DNA of 64,000 nucleotides, from contig JBHHZD010000002.1 in NCBI GenBank assembly GCA_046757885.1, positions 37,494 through 101,493 of the forward strand, in the 5' to 3' direction. Source of the stretch: Gemmatimonadota bacterium. Lineage in GTDB: Bacteria; Gemmatimonadota; Gemmatimonadetes; Palauibacterales; Palauibacteraceae. The notes below the pieces were generated by a model that ran no database searches, was not told the origin of the DNA, and was given only the letters and a program-made list of their open reading frames with translations. Made by a program: the position numbers and the translations under genes. This document shows, one piece after another, positions 1 through 8,957 of the stretch (positions are counted from its first letter, which is position 1; every line of letters begins with the position of its first letter).

Positions 1-2
1 GG

Positions 3-617
3 CATCGGGCAACCTACAGCCTCGCTCTCGTCCTGCTGCCGATCTTCGTGATCTGCGAGGTGTTCGCGAGCGACCTCATCACCGTGCTGTTCGGGCCATC
101 CTACGCGGGCGCGGCGCCGATCTTCCGCGTCTACATCCTCATCGTGCCTCTCTCGATTCTCCTCGCGTCGCCGATGCTGCGGGCGACGGCGGATCTGAAG
201 GTGATGTTCGCGGCCGACTCCACCGCCCTGCTCATCACGATCCTCACGCTCGTTCTCCTCGTCGGCACCCTGGGGCCGCTGGGGGCGGTGACGAGCCTTG
301 TGGCGGGCAAGGCCGCTTTCATGCTCTTCGCCTCCCGGCGCACCGCCGCGCGCCTCGAGCTCGGGGCGCGCGAGTTCCTCCCGTGGAAGGGGCTCTTTCT
401 CGTCCTGGCGCTGGCGGCGGGGGCCGCCTTCGGAGGGCTCGCTCTGACCTCGCGCCTCGGTCCGGCGGCGAGACTCCTCGTCGGAGGCGGACTCGCCGGT
501 GCCGCCTACCTTTCCGTCGCCCTGGCGACGGGGCTCGTGCCGGAGCCCGAGCGGGCGCTCCTGCGCCGCGCGCTCAGAGGAAGGCGGGGTCACGCGGGCC
601 CGCGAGACGACGCGTGA
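3..617 (+). CDS. Wzx-like polysaccharide flippase (MOP superfamily), C-terminal part; gene begins upstream of the window
   Basis: Frame 3 is open from position 3 and reads as hydrophobic TM helices (YSLALVLLPIFVICEVF... LFLVLALAAGAAFGGLAL) typical of a flippase C-terminus. Stop TGA at 615-617. Confidence 0.55.
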   Translation, partial: HRATYSLALVLLPIFVICEVFASDLITVLFGPSYAGAAPIFRVYILIVPLSILLASPMLRATADLKVMFAADSTALLITILTLVLLVGTLGPLGAVTSLVAGKAAFMLFASRRTAARLELGAREFLPWKGLFLVLALAAGAAFGGLALTSRLGPAARLLVGGGLAGAAYLSVALATGLVPEPERALLRRALRGRRGHAGPRDDA

Positions 618-1756
618 GCGAGCGTCCCCGCCTGCTCGCGGTTGCGGCCGCGCCTCCGTGGCCGATCCGGCACGGGTACTCGCTTCGCGTCCATCACCTG
701 GTCCGCGAGCTCGCGACGCGCTGGAACCTCCGCCTGGTGGCGCCGCCCGTCGATTCCGGCCACGGGGCGTGGCCGTGCGACGGCGTGCGGCATGTCGAGG
801 TCGGCCTCCGGGCCCGTTGGGCCGGGGTCGCGTTCACGGCCTCCGACCACCCGGCTCTGCGATCCGCGGTTCGACGGCAGGTGGCGGAGTTCGGGCCGCA
901 GGCCGTGCTCCTGTGGAGCGGAACCGAGTGGATGGCTTTCGACCCGCAGTTTCCCGCCGCGGTCGGCGACCGAATCGACTCGGGGACGTTGATCGCCTGG
1001 CGCGACATCCGGGCCGCCGGGACGATGCGTGCCCGCCTCCGCATCGCGCGCCGCGTCCTGCGCTTCGCCCGCTACGAGCGGGACATGGTTCGAGTCCTGG
1101 GGGCCACGATCGCCGTGGCCGAGGACGATGCGCGCGTGCTGGCCCGCCTCGGCGGCCGCCCCGTGGAGGTCGTCGCGAACGGCGTGGCCGTGCCCGAGCA
1201 CAAGCCCGAAGCCGCGGAGGCGGAGACTCCGACCGTCGTGTTCTCGGGCGTGATGAACTACGGGCCGAACGTGGAGGCGGTCCGTCATTTCGTCCGCGAC
1301 GTCTGGCCCCGGGTCCTTGCAGAGCTCCCGGCCGCGACCTTCATCATCGCGGGCCGGGCTCCCACCCGGTCCGTGGGCGCGCTCGCGGACGAGGCGGGTG
1401 TCCGCGTGACGGGAGAGGTCGAGGACATGGGGGTGGTCCTCCGGGAGGCCTGGCTCGCCGTGGCTCCCATGGTGAGCGGCGCCGGCATGAAGAACAAGGT
1501 GCTCGAGGCGTGGGCGGAGGGTCGGCCCGTCGTCCTCTCCCGCCTCGCGGCCCGGGGACTCGCGCTGGACGACGAGACGCGCAGCCTCGTCGCGGCCGAC
1601 GCCGGCCGGATGGCGGACCTCATCGTGCGACTGCTGCGGGATCGGACGGAAAGGATGCGGCGAGGCGAAGCCGGCCGGCGACTCGTCGTGCGCGAGCACG
1701 GATGGGGCGCCGCGGCCGACAGGGTCTCGGAGCTGCTGGAGCGCGTGTGCCTGTGA
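614..1756 (+). CDS. GT4 family glycosyltransferase
   Basis: GTG at 614 overlaps the upstream stop (GTGA). C-terminal GT-B motifs: FSGVMNYGPN, EGxxxxxLEAWAEGRPVV. About 381 aa. Confidence 0.75.
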   Translation: MSERPRLLAVAAAPPWPIRHGYSLRVHHLVRELATRWNLRLVAPPVDSGHGAWPCDGVRHVEVGLRARWAGVAFTASDHPALRSAVRRQVAEFGPQAVLLWSGTEWMAFDPQFPAAVGDRIDSGTLIAWRDIRAAGTMRARLRIARRVLRFARYERDMVRVLGATIAVAEDDARVLARLGGRPVEVVANGVAVPEHKPEAAEAETPTVVFSGVMNYGPNVEAVRHFVRDVWPRVLAELPAATFIIAGRAPTRSVGALADEAGVRVTGEVEDMGVVLREAWLAVAPMVSGAGMKNKVLEAWAEGRPVVLSRLAARGLALDDETRSLVAADAGRMADLIVRLLRDRTERMRRGEAGRRLVVREHGWGAAADRVSELLERVCL

Positions 1757-1791
1757 GCGGGGCGCGGCCCGGAGAGGAGCCGGTGGGGACG

Positions 1792-2769
1792 ATGTGCGGT
1801 CCCGTGTTCGTCGTCGGGGCGCCCCGATCCGGCACGACCCTCGTGTACTCCATCCTGCTGGCTTCCGGGGAGTTCCCCCTGTACCGGGCCGAATCGCGGA
1901 TCGTGGAGTGCTCCACGCGCTACGGGCCGCTGCGGCGGGACGCAAATTTCCGGCGATTCCTGCGGGATTACAGGTCGTCGAGACAGTTTGCCCGGTCGGG
2001 GCTCACGATCCGGGACCTGGAGGCCGCACCCCCCGATAGCCGATCCTCCTACGCCGCGTTCCTCGGCTACTTCATGGGCCTCATCGCGCAGCGCCAGGGC
2101 AGAGGCCGCTGGGCGGAGAAGACGCCGAATCATCTGTTCCACATGTCCGAGCTCGAGGCGGAGTTCCCGGCCGCGCGCTTCATCCACGTGGTCCGGGACG
2201 GCCGGGACGTGGCCCTCTCCCAGCGCCGGCTTCGCATGGACCGGAGCCCGAGCCGCGACCCGGTCATCCGGCTCCTGTGGGCGGGACGGATCTGGGAGCG
2301 GATCGCGCGCGCGGGGAGAAGATCGGGAGCCCGTCTCGGAAAGCGCTACTTGGAGATCCGCTACGAGGACGTCATCGAGGATCTGGACGGCGCCCTCGCC
2401 CGTCTGGCGGACTTCACCGGTCTGGAGCTTTCGCGCGCCGCCGTGGAAGCCAGCGAGGTCGCGGCGCTCGGCGAGGCGAACACCGCCTTCGGCGTGGGCA
2501 TGGGCGGGGTGTCCGCCCGGGCGCTCCAGCGCTGGCGCTCGGCCCTGTCGCCGGAGGAGATCGACGTCCTCCACTGGTCGATCGGCCGGACGCTGCGAGC
2601 GTTCGGGTACGAGGCGGAGGCGGGATCGCCCGGCCGGGGTCCCGTGGCCCTGCGCCGGAAGATCCACCATCACCTGAGCGCATCCGCGATCGGAGGAAAG
2701 CGGTTCCTGAACCGGCACACGCCCCTCGGCCGGCTCGCCAGGAAGCCTCTCGAGATCGGTCTCACCTGA
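1792..2769 (+). CDS. Sulfotransferase (PAPS-dependent)
   Basis: N-terminal 5'-PSB P-loop VVGAPRSGTTL and 3'-PB-like region (FIHVVRDGRDV). Alternative GTG start at 1753 overlaps the upstream stop. Confidence 0.7.
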   Translation: MCGPVFVVGAPRSGTTLVYSILLASGEFPLYRAESRIVECSTRYGPLRRDANFRRFLRDYRSSRQFARSGLTIRDLEAAPPDSRSSYAAFLGYFMGLIAQRQGRGRWAEKTPNHLFHMSELEAEFPAARFIHVVRDGRDVALSQRRLRMDRSPSRDPVIRLLWAGRIWERIARAGRRSGARLGKRYLEIRYEDVIEDLDGALARLADFTGLELSRAAVEASEVAALGEANTAFGVGMGGVSARALQRWRSALSPEEIDVLHWSIGRTLRAFGYEAEAGSPGRGPVALRRKIHHHLSASAIGGKRFLNRHTPLGRLARKPLEIGLT

Positions 2770-2793
2770 GCCCGTAGAGACTCGTGTCCCGGA

Positions 2794-3897
2794 TCAGCTC
2801 CGTCCCTTCCGGTAGAGCCGCTCGTAGGCGTCGGTCATGACCTCGACGTGGTAGTCGCGCTCCGCCCGCCGGCGCGCCGCCGCGGCGAGGCGGTCTCGAA
2901 GAGCCGGATCTCCGAGCAGCCGGGAGAGAGCGGCCGCGAGATCCCCCGGATCCTGCGGCTCCACGAGAAGGCCTTCGCGATCCGCGCCGACCGCCTCCGG
3001 GATCCCGCCCACACGGGTCGCCACGATCGGCAGGCCCGCGAACATCGCCTCCAGGACAGCCAGGGGCAGGCCTTCCGAGCGCGAGGACATCACGTACACG
3101 TCCGCAGCGGCCATCAGATCGGGGACGTCGTCGCGGTACCCGAGCCATCGCACCCGGGGCGCGAGGCCGAGCCGTCCGGCGAGATCCCGCAGGGCTGCCT
3201 CCTCCTCCCCACGTCCCACGACGGCCAATCGCCAGGGCGCGCTCACCGTCCCGGCGGCCATCGCCAGCGCCCGCAGGAGCACGTCGTATCCCTTCACCGG
3301 GTACAGGTTGCCGACGGCAATCGCGAGGACCTCGTCTTCCCCCAGGCCGAGTGCGGCGCGGGTCTCCATCCGGTCGCCAGGCGCCGGTCGGATCCCGTTC
3401 CGGATGACCTCGATGGCGTCCGCCGGCAGGCCGAGCGAGGTCCGGATCCTCTCCCCCGTCGCCCCGGAGACCGCGACGGCGGCCGCGCTGCGGCGGAACG
3501 CCCAGCGCAGCGCGATGCGGCGCCGGAGGCGGTCCGCGTAGTACGTGCTCCCGTGAAGCGTGATCACGTGCGGGATGCCGACGGCGCGGGCGGCCGACGC
3601 TCCGTACAGGGCCATCGCGAACTCGTGGCTGTGCATCACGTCGATGCCTCGGCGGCGGAGCACCTCGACGAGCCCGCGCCGACAGCCCGGATCGAGGGCG
3701 CGGCGAAGCGTAAACGTCTCCGGGACGAACCCCCGGGAGCGGAACTGCTCGGCGAGCCATCCGCAGCCGTCCGACGGCCCGATGGGACACACCTCGTGCC
3801 CGCGCCGCCGGAGCTCCTCGCCCAGCTCGAGCAGCACGCGCTCCGCGCCGCCCGGTCCGTCGGACTGCAGGGCGAGCGCGATCCCTAGTCCGCTCAT
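2794..3897 (-). CDS. GT4 family glycosyltransferase
   Basis: 367 aa with GT-B features: N-terminal HVITLHGS and C-terminal SRSEGLPLAVLEAMFAGLPIVAT. Confidence 0.8.
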   Translation of the reverse strand: MSGLGIALALQSDGPGGAERVLLELGEELRRRGHEVCPIGPSDGCGWLAEQFRSRGFVPETFTLRRALDPGCRRGLVEVLRRRGIDVMHSHEFAMALYGASAARAVGIPHVITLHGSTYYADRLRRRIALRWAFRRSAAAVAVSGATGERIRTSLGLPADAIEVIRNGIRPAPGDRMETRAALGLGEDEVLAIAVGNLYPVKGYDVLLRALAMAAGTVSAPWRLAVVGRGEEEAALRDLAGRLGLAPRVRWLGYRDDVPDLMAAADVYVMSSRSEGLPLAVLEAMFAGLPIVATRVGGIPEAVGADREGLLVEPQDPGDLAAALSRLLGDPALRDRLAAAARRRAERDYHVEVMTDAYERLYRKGRS

Positions 3898-4955
3898 CGG
3901 GACCGGCCGCGGACCGTTCGCTTCATCACGTGCAGTCCGCGCAGGAGACCCACCGGAAGAAGCGAAGCGAGGAAGATCCCGGCGGCACGGGGACTCCGCC
4001 CGACGCCCTCACGCCAGGCGCGCACGACCGCCCCCCGCGCTTCCAGGCGCTCGAGCTCCGTCAGATGCGCGTAGCCCAGGCGCAGGAGGAGCCGCTCGCG
4101 TCCCCGGCGGTGCGCCTCGGCCTCCCCTGGGGACAGCGGCCGGATGCGCGCGGCGCGATCCACGCTTCGGAGGGCGTTCCGGACGAGCTCGACCGTGCGG
4201 TGCGGCGCGATGAGCGAATCGTATTCCGCCACCCGCCGACCGATGAGCGGCGTCATCAGAACTCCGAGGGAGGCCCGCGCGGCCAGCCGGTGACAGAACT
4301 CCATCTCCTCGGCCACCCGGAAGCCTTCGTCGAACAGCTCGAGGCCGTGTAACGCCCCGGGGGAGATCATGAGGGACGACGGGTACGTGAAGTTGCCGTG
4401 GAAGTACGCCTCGAACGCATCTCCGACGAAAACGCGGTGCTCCCGGCCCGCCGCGCGGAGGATCTCCGCATCGAAGCGCTCCCCAAAGAAGTCGTCGGGA
4501 TCGAGATCGAGATCGCGAAAGATGGGGAACTCCCAACGAAAGCCCTGGCGTCCGCCCCGGACCCGCCCCTGGAGATCGATGACCTCGCAGTTCGTGATCG
4601 ACCAGCCGATCTCCGGATGGACCCGATGCAGGGCGAGCTGGACCTCGAGCTTTTCGGGTCTCCACTCATCGTCGGAGTCGAGAAACGCGAGGCAGACCCC
4701 GCTCGCCTCCCGGATGCCCCGATTCCGGGCGGCCGACACCCCCGCGTTCTCCTGGTGGATGTAGCGGACGACGGCCGGCAGGTCGCGGCACATCTCGCGC
4801 GTGCCGTCGGTCGAGCCGTCGTCCACGATGAGGATCTCATCGGCCGGCCGGGTCTGCGCCAGCACGGACTCGACGGCCCGCCGGAGAAGCTCGACCCGAT
4901 TGTACGTGGGGATGATGACGCTGACTCGCTCGGTTCCCCTCATCGGCCGCGCCAC
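3894..4955 (-). CDS. GT2 family glycosyltransferase
   Basis: VSVIIPTYNR... ILIVDDGSTDGT... LDSDDEW. Its stop overlaps the downstream gene start (ATGA). Confidence 0.8.
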   Translation of the reverse strand: MARPMRGTERVSVIIPTYNRVELLRRAVESVLAQTRPADEILIVDDGSTDGTREMCRDLPAVVRYIHQENAGVSAARNRGIREASGVCLAFLDSDDEWRPEKLEVQLALHRVHPEIGWSITNCEVIDLQGRVRGGRQGFRWEFPIFRDLDLDPDDFFGERFDAEILRAAGREHRVFVGDAFEAYFHGNFTYPSSLMISPGALHGLELFDEGFRVAEEMEFCHRLAARASLGVLMTPLIGRRVAEYDSLIAPHRTVELVRNALRSVDRAARIRPLSPGEAEAHRRGRERLLLRLGYAHLTELERLEARGAVVRAWREGVGRSPRAAGIFLASLLPVGLLRGLHVMKRTVRGRSR

Positions 4956-6136
4956 CAGTCGAGCGTCTCCCGCAAGAAAGGGCGCGGATCCGACATGCGC
5001 AGGATCTCGGCGCGGTCCCGGCCCGGACGGGCCGCCAGAAAGGCGGCCACCGCCCCCAACCTCCCATCCTTCGCCTGCGTCGGCCCGCCGCCCGCGGTGG
5101 TGCCTCGCGTCCTGAGCCTCGCGATCAAGTGGTCGACCTCACCCCAGAACCAGCGGCTGCGGATGCCTGTGCGGTACTCCATGACCGGAGCCGGACGTCC
5201 CCCGGTCGCCGCCTCCACCAGCAGGCGCGGAAAATCCACCCCGGCGTCGATCGCGAGCTGTAGGGATCCCCAGAATCGGCCGTTCACTTCCATGAGCACG
5301 GGAACGCCCGTCGCCCCGTCGACCTTGTACTCGACCATGGCCACGCCCTGCCAGTCGTGGTGTCGCAGGAGCTCCAGGGATTTCTCGAACAGCGCTGGTT
5401 CCAGGGGGATGCTCTCCCGGTTCACGCTCACGCCGCCCGACGGGGGCTTCTCGCGGATTCGCCGGTGCGCGAAGCGGGCCAAGCACGTGTCCTTCCACAG
5501 AAGAAGGAACACCCCGATCCCGGGCCCGGAGATCCTCCGCTGAAGCATCACAGGATAGGCCTCCCGGGGGAGTCGATCGAGCGCCTCGCAAAGGTCGCCT
5601 GGATCCGTCACATGCCGCACGGACAGCTTCCGGGCCCGACCCGAGTCCGTCCGGTGCACGGAGCGGGCCGGCTTGACGACCGCGGGAAACTCGAGTCCCT
5701 CGACCTCGGCCTCATCGGGCTCCGGACCGGTCAGGAGCACCCGCTCCGGCGTCGCGATTCCGATCGCATCGGCCCGGTCGAGCAGCGCGACCTTGTCCGA
5801 GACTCTTCGGAACGCGTCCGGTTCGGGCCCGGGAACGACGACCCCGGAACCGCACGTCCGGCCTTCCTGGATGCTGAGCCAGGCGGCGTCCGTGACCGGA
5901 ACCAGGACGTCCACGCCCCACGCTTTCACGCGCCGCGCGAGCGTTTCGTCGTGCCCCACCGGATCGTCCAGCGGATCCGGCGTGACGGCCACGTCCGACG
6001 CCCACCGGGACGAGCCGGCCAGGCAAGGCGTCCGGCGAGCCGCCACGTACACGCGATGGCCGGCCGCCCCGAGGGACCGGACGATCGCGAGGCTCGCCCG
6101 TTGCTCTCCGTCGGTCACGAGGACGGTGGGCTTCAC
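4940..6136 (-). CDS. ATP-grasp domain protein (carboxylate-amine ligase-like)
   Basis: 398 aa. ATP-grasp-type central region (PAVVKPARS..., MVEYKVD... EVNGRFWGS) and a pre-ATP-grasp N-terminus. Confidence 0.7.
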   Translation of the reverse strand: MKPTVLVTDGEQRASLAIVRSLGAAGHRVYVAARRTPCLAGSSRWASDVAVTPDPLDDPVGHDETLARRVKAWGVDVLVPVTDAAWLSIQEGRTCGSGVVVPGPEPDAFRRVSDKVALLDRADAIGIATPERVLLTGPEPDEAEVEGLEFPAVVKPARSVHRTDSGRARKLSVRHVTDPGDLCEALDRLPREAYPVMLQRRISGPGIGVFLLLWKDTCLARFAHRRIREKPPSGGVSVNRESIPLEPALFEKSLELLRHHDWQGVAMVEYKVDGATGVPVLMEVNGRFWGSLQLAIDAGVDFPRLLVEAATGGRPAPVMEYRTGIRSRWFWGEVDHLIARLRTRGTTAGGGPTQAKDGRLGAVAAFLAARPGRDRAEILRMSDPRPFLRETLDWWRGR

Positions 6137-7059
6137 GCGAGCAGTCCCGCGAGCCTGAGCTCGAGCCCGCGCGGCGAGAGGCCCGCGGGGACGTTCAGGC
6201 GCGGAAGGTCGAGCTCCGCATCACGACGCCGCACGCGCCCTCCGTCGATCCGGAATCCGGCCCGGTAGCCGGCATCTCGCGCCGCCCGGCGGACGGACGG
6301 CGACGACAGGCCGTACGGATAGGAGATCCAGGGCTCCACCTGCGAGTAACGCTCGGCGAGCCAGGCCAGAGGCCGTGCGAGCTCGTCGCCGAGCTCACGG
6401 GGCCCCAGGCGGGTCAGGTTCGGGTGGCTCCAGGTGTGCGAGGCGAGCCGAACCAGGGAACACGAAGCGGCCGCCCGCAGCTCTTCCTCCGTCGCCGACC
6501 TCGCGTGCGATGGGATGGCCGGCTCTCCCTCCGCCGACGTCGGCTCCGTGGTCCCCGGTCCCACGGCGGCCCGGATCTCCGCCTCCCGTCCCCGCCACTG
6601 CCCCAGCGCCCGATCCCTCAGGGACGGCTCCAGGCCGCCCCCCCCCGGCCGGGCGAGCACATCCCACCAGAACGCATGTCGACCGAGGAGGCCCGGAGAC
6701 ACGAACACGGTGACGGGAAGGCCGCGCCGCGCGAGCTCCGCCAGGCCCAGGGTGAGAGCGCCGGAATAGGCGTCGTCGAACGTGAGCGCGACCCGCACCG
6801 GGCCCGCAGCGGCACCCGGATCCTGGATGATCTGCCCGAGATCGACGATGTCCGCTCGATGCTGGAGCACATCGATCAGGGCACGGAAGCGACCGAGCGG
6901 GAGGTGGAGAGAAGCGTCGCCGACGGACGGAACGTCGTCCGGCACGACGTCGTGGAATGCGAGAACGAGCGGCCGCGGCCGGGAGAGGGAGCGGGCGACG
7001 GTCGCGACGCCGAGGCGCACGAGCGCCGCTTCCCCGAGAGCTTTCGGCGTCGTCCTCAT
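6133..7059 (-). CDS. Polysaccharide deacetylase (CE4 family)
   Basis: NodB-like motifs: LTFDDAY..., TVFVSPG..., HTWSHPNL. Confidence 0.7.
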   Translation of the reverse strand: MRTTPKALGEAALVRLGVATVARSLSRPRPLVLAFHDVVPDDVPSVGDASLHLPLGRFRALIDVLQHRADIVDLGQIIQDPGAAAGPVRVALTFDDAYSGALTLGLAELARRGLPVTVFVSPGLLGRHAFWWDVLARPGGGGLEPSLRDRALGQWRGREAEIRAAVGPGTTEPTSAEGEPAIPSHARSATEEELRAAASCSLVRLASHTWSHPNLTRLGPRELGDELARPLAWLAERYSQVEPWISYPYGLSSPSVRRAARDAGYRAGFRIDGGRVRRRDAELDLPRLNVPAGLSPRGLELRLAGLLA

Positions 7060-7069
7060 GCCGGGTGGG

Positions 7070-8452
7070 CTAGCCGCGGGTGCCGGATCTCGCGTTCAGC
7101 TGCCGCCGCCACGCGGGCACCAGCTGAGGGCGGGGCCGGGGGCCCGCAACGCCCCGCCGCCCGCCGACGCCGGGCACCACGAAGGCGGCGGCGTCTTCCC
7201 TCATCCGTCGCTCGACGGACACGTACATCCCGGTCACGAAGGCGGCGAGCATGTAGATCGGGTCGAGATACGCAAAGGACAGAAAGACGCTCGTCGAGAT
7301 GAACCCGATGATGGCGACCGGAAAGTACGTCGTCGCGTGATACAGAAAGCGCTGCTCGGGGTCCCCACGCGCCCAGGTGGTGGGCAATCTCCGTCTCATG
7401 CGCAGCATGCTGAACAGCGAGCCGAACACGAGCGAGGACCAGAGGATCAGGCCGGGGAAGCCGAGCTCTGCCCCGACCTGGAGAAACGAGTTGTGGGCGG
7501 CGCTCCACTTGATGTGCCAGCCCGTTCGATCCTGGAAATCTCTTACCACGGAGGACATCTGGCTCCCCTCCGCGCGAGGGAAGTTGTCGATGCCGATCCC
7601 GAAGAACGGGTGACCCATCATGTACCCGAACCCGCGCTTCGTCACCTCACGCCGGCCGTACTTGGACGTCCAGTTGTAGTCCTCCTTCGGCTTCGTGATC
7701 GTCATCATCTGGTCCCAGTAACCGACGGGCGCCGTCGCGACGAGCGTGATCCCGACGACGAGAAGGAACGCCACCCGCTTCACGACCGAGACGTTCGTGG
7801 CCAGGAACAGGAGCGCCAGGCCGACGGCCACGGCACCGACGAACGCGCCCCGAGAGCCCGTTCGGGCCACGGTCGCCCCGATCGCCCCGAGGACGATCGC
7901 GCAGAAGATCTTGCCCTTCGTCCTCGCGACCTGGAACGCCAGCAGCGTGAGCGGCAGGGCGATCATCAGGATGAGCCCGAGGTCGTTCGCGTCGTACGTG
8001 TAGAGGTGGCTCAGTCGGGCCGCGGCGCCCCCGCGCGGCTTGCTGATCCCGAACACGAAGAGCGCCATCCAGCACAGGATGGCGGCGCTGATGACGTAGG
8101 CCCAGACGAAGCGATACAGGTCCCTTCCGCTGCGGATGGCCGCGATGAGCAGGAAGGCGAGGATGAGCACCTTCGAGTACTCGGTCAGGATGTACATGGC
8201 CGAGCCCCCGATCGAGATCCCGAATGCCGTGGACAGGCAGGCCATCACGGCCAGGGCCACGATGACGCGGGGCGGCCAGAAGCGAAGCAGCTTCCCCGTG
8301 TTCAGCTGTTTCGGGTGCGTCATCGCGTACAGAAGCGTGAGGAGCGCGAGCAGCAGCGCGGGACGCAGGGGGGCCAGAAAGCGAAAGTGCTGATGGATGC
8401 GGCTCACCGTCACGAGAATGAGGAGGAACAGCAGTGCCCGGAGACCATCCAT
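7070..8452 (-). CDS. O-antigen ligase / Wzy-like polytopic membrane protein
   Basis: About 12 predicted TM helices plus a periplasmic loop region (NSFLQVGAELGFPGLILW) typical of the O-antigen ligase (Wzy_C) family. ATG at 8452 (MDGLRALLFLLIL); the ORF is open to an alternative start at 8584. Confidence 0.6.
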   Translation of the reverse strand: MDGLRALLFLLILVTVSRIHQHFRFLAPLRPALLLALLTLLYAMTHPKQLNTGKLLRFWPPRVIVALAVMACLSTAFGISIGGSAMYILTEYSKVLILAFLLIAAIRSGRDLYRFVWAYVISAAILCWMALFVFGISKPRGGAAARLSHLYTYDANDLGLILMIALPLTLLAFQVARTKGKIFCAIVLGAIGATVARTGSRGAFVGAVAVGLALLFLATNVSVVKRVAFLLVVGITLVATAPVGYWDQMMTITKPKEDYNWTSKYGRREVTKRGFGYMMGHPFFGIGIDNFPRAEGSQMSSVVRDFQDRTGWHIKWSAAHNSFLQVGAELGFPGLILWSSLVFGSLFSMLRMRRRLPTTWARGDPEQRFLYHATTYFPVAIIGFISTSVFLSFAYLDPIYMLAAFVTGMYVSVERRMREDAAAFVVPGVGGRRGVAGPRPRPQLVPAWRRQLNARSGTRG

Positions 8453-8632
8453 GCCGAACCAGCTCCGGGTCGCCTCTCGAGCCCGCGCGCGAGCCGCAAA
8501 CGGCCCACCTGGCTCGCCCGTGCGGAACGACGAAGGCCTCGGACTACCTGCTGCCCTCATCGGTGCCAAGGAATCCTCCCTCATTCCCGCCGGATTCGCG
8601 GCGCTCGATCCGAAACCGCTCGGGCCTCACGT

Positions 8633-8646
8633 GCAAGATCGAGGCC
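8633..8646 (-). promoter_or_regulatory. Sigma-54-like -24/-12 element (minus strand: aGGCct-N5-TTGCA) upstream of the Wzy-like operon
   Basis: Reverse complement of top 8633-8646 reads AGGCCTcgatcTTGCA, with GG and GC spaced 12 nt apart. Lies about 50 nt upstream of the alternative start at 8584. Confidence 0.35.
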
Positions 8647-8837
8647 TGCAGCCGCTCACCGCGACGGCGCTGCCGCCGCAGGGCATCCGCGGGTCCGGAG
8701 CCCCTCCAGGGGGCGCGACGGGCACCGACTGTTGCCTCGCCGCATCAGGTCCGCGATGATGCCTTTCAACCTAGGGGACCGCACGCTCCGTGTCACGATG
8801 GCGCGGTCTTCGGGAGCGCCGACGACGCCGTCCCAAC

Positions 8838-8853
8838 TGGCTTGCATGTTGCA
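8838..8853 (+). promoter_or_regulatory. Sigma-54-type -24/-12 promoter element TGGCttgcatgTTGCA
   Basis: Exact TGGC-N7-TTGCA spacing (GG at 8839-8840, GC at 8851-8852), about 105 nt upstream of the ATG at 8958. Confidence 0.5.
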
Positions 8854-8957
8854 GGGCCGGGAGACGTTCGGGTCCGGTGAAGAGGAACGGCTCACGAAGC
8901 GTGGGCGCCGGCGCGGTTGCGTCGGAGTCATCCAATCTGCACTTGCGAGCACGCCAC

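Noticed and set aside
520-560. PEP tripeptide in LVPEPERALLRRALRGRR at the flippase C-terminus, resembling a PEP-CTERM sorting signal
   Set aside because: It is the cytoplasmic tail of a Wzx-like protein, with no preceding secreted domain and no TM-plus-basic tail; a coincidental match.
499-1791. Upstream 430 aa of the 756-aa ORF 499..2769
   Set aside because: Only the part from 1792 onward looks like a sulfotransferase. The upstream part runs in an alternative frame of the GT4 gene and is low-complexity.
590-1945. 451-aa minus-strand ORF
   Set aside because: Antisense to the GT4 and sulfotransferase genes; Arg/Pro-rich and non-protein-like.
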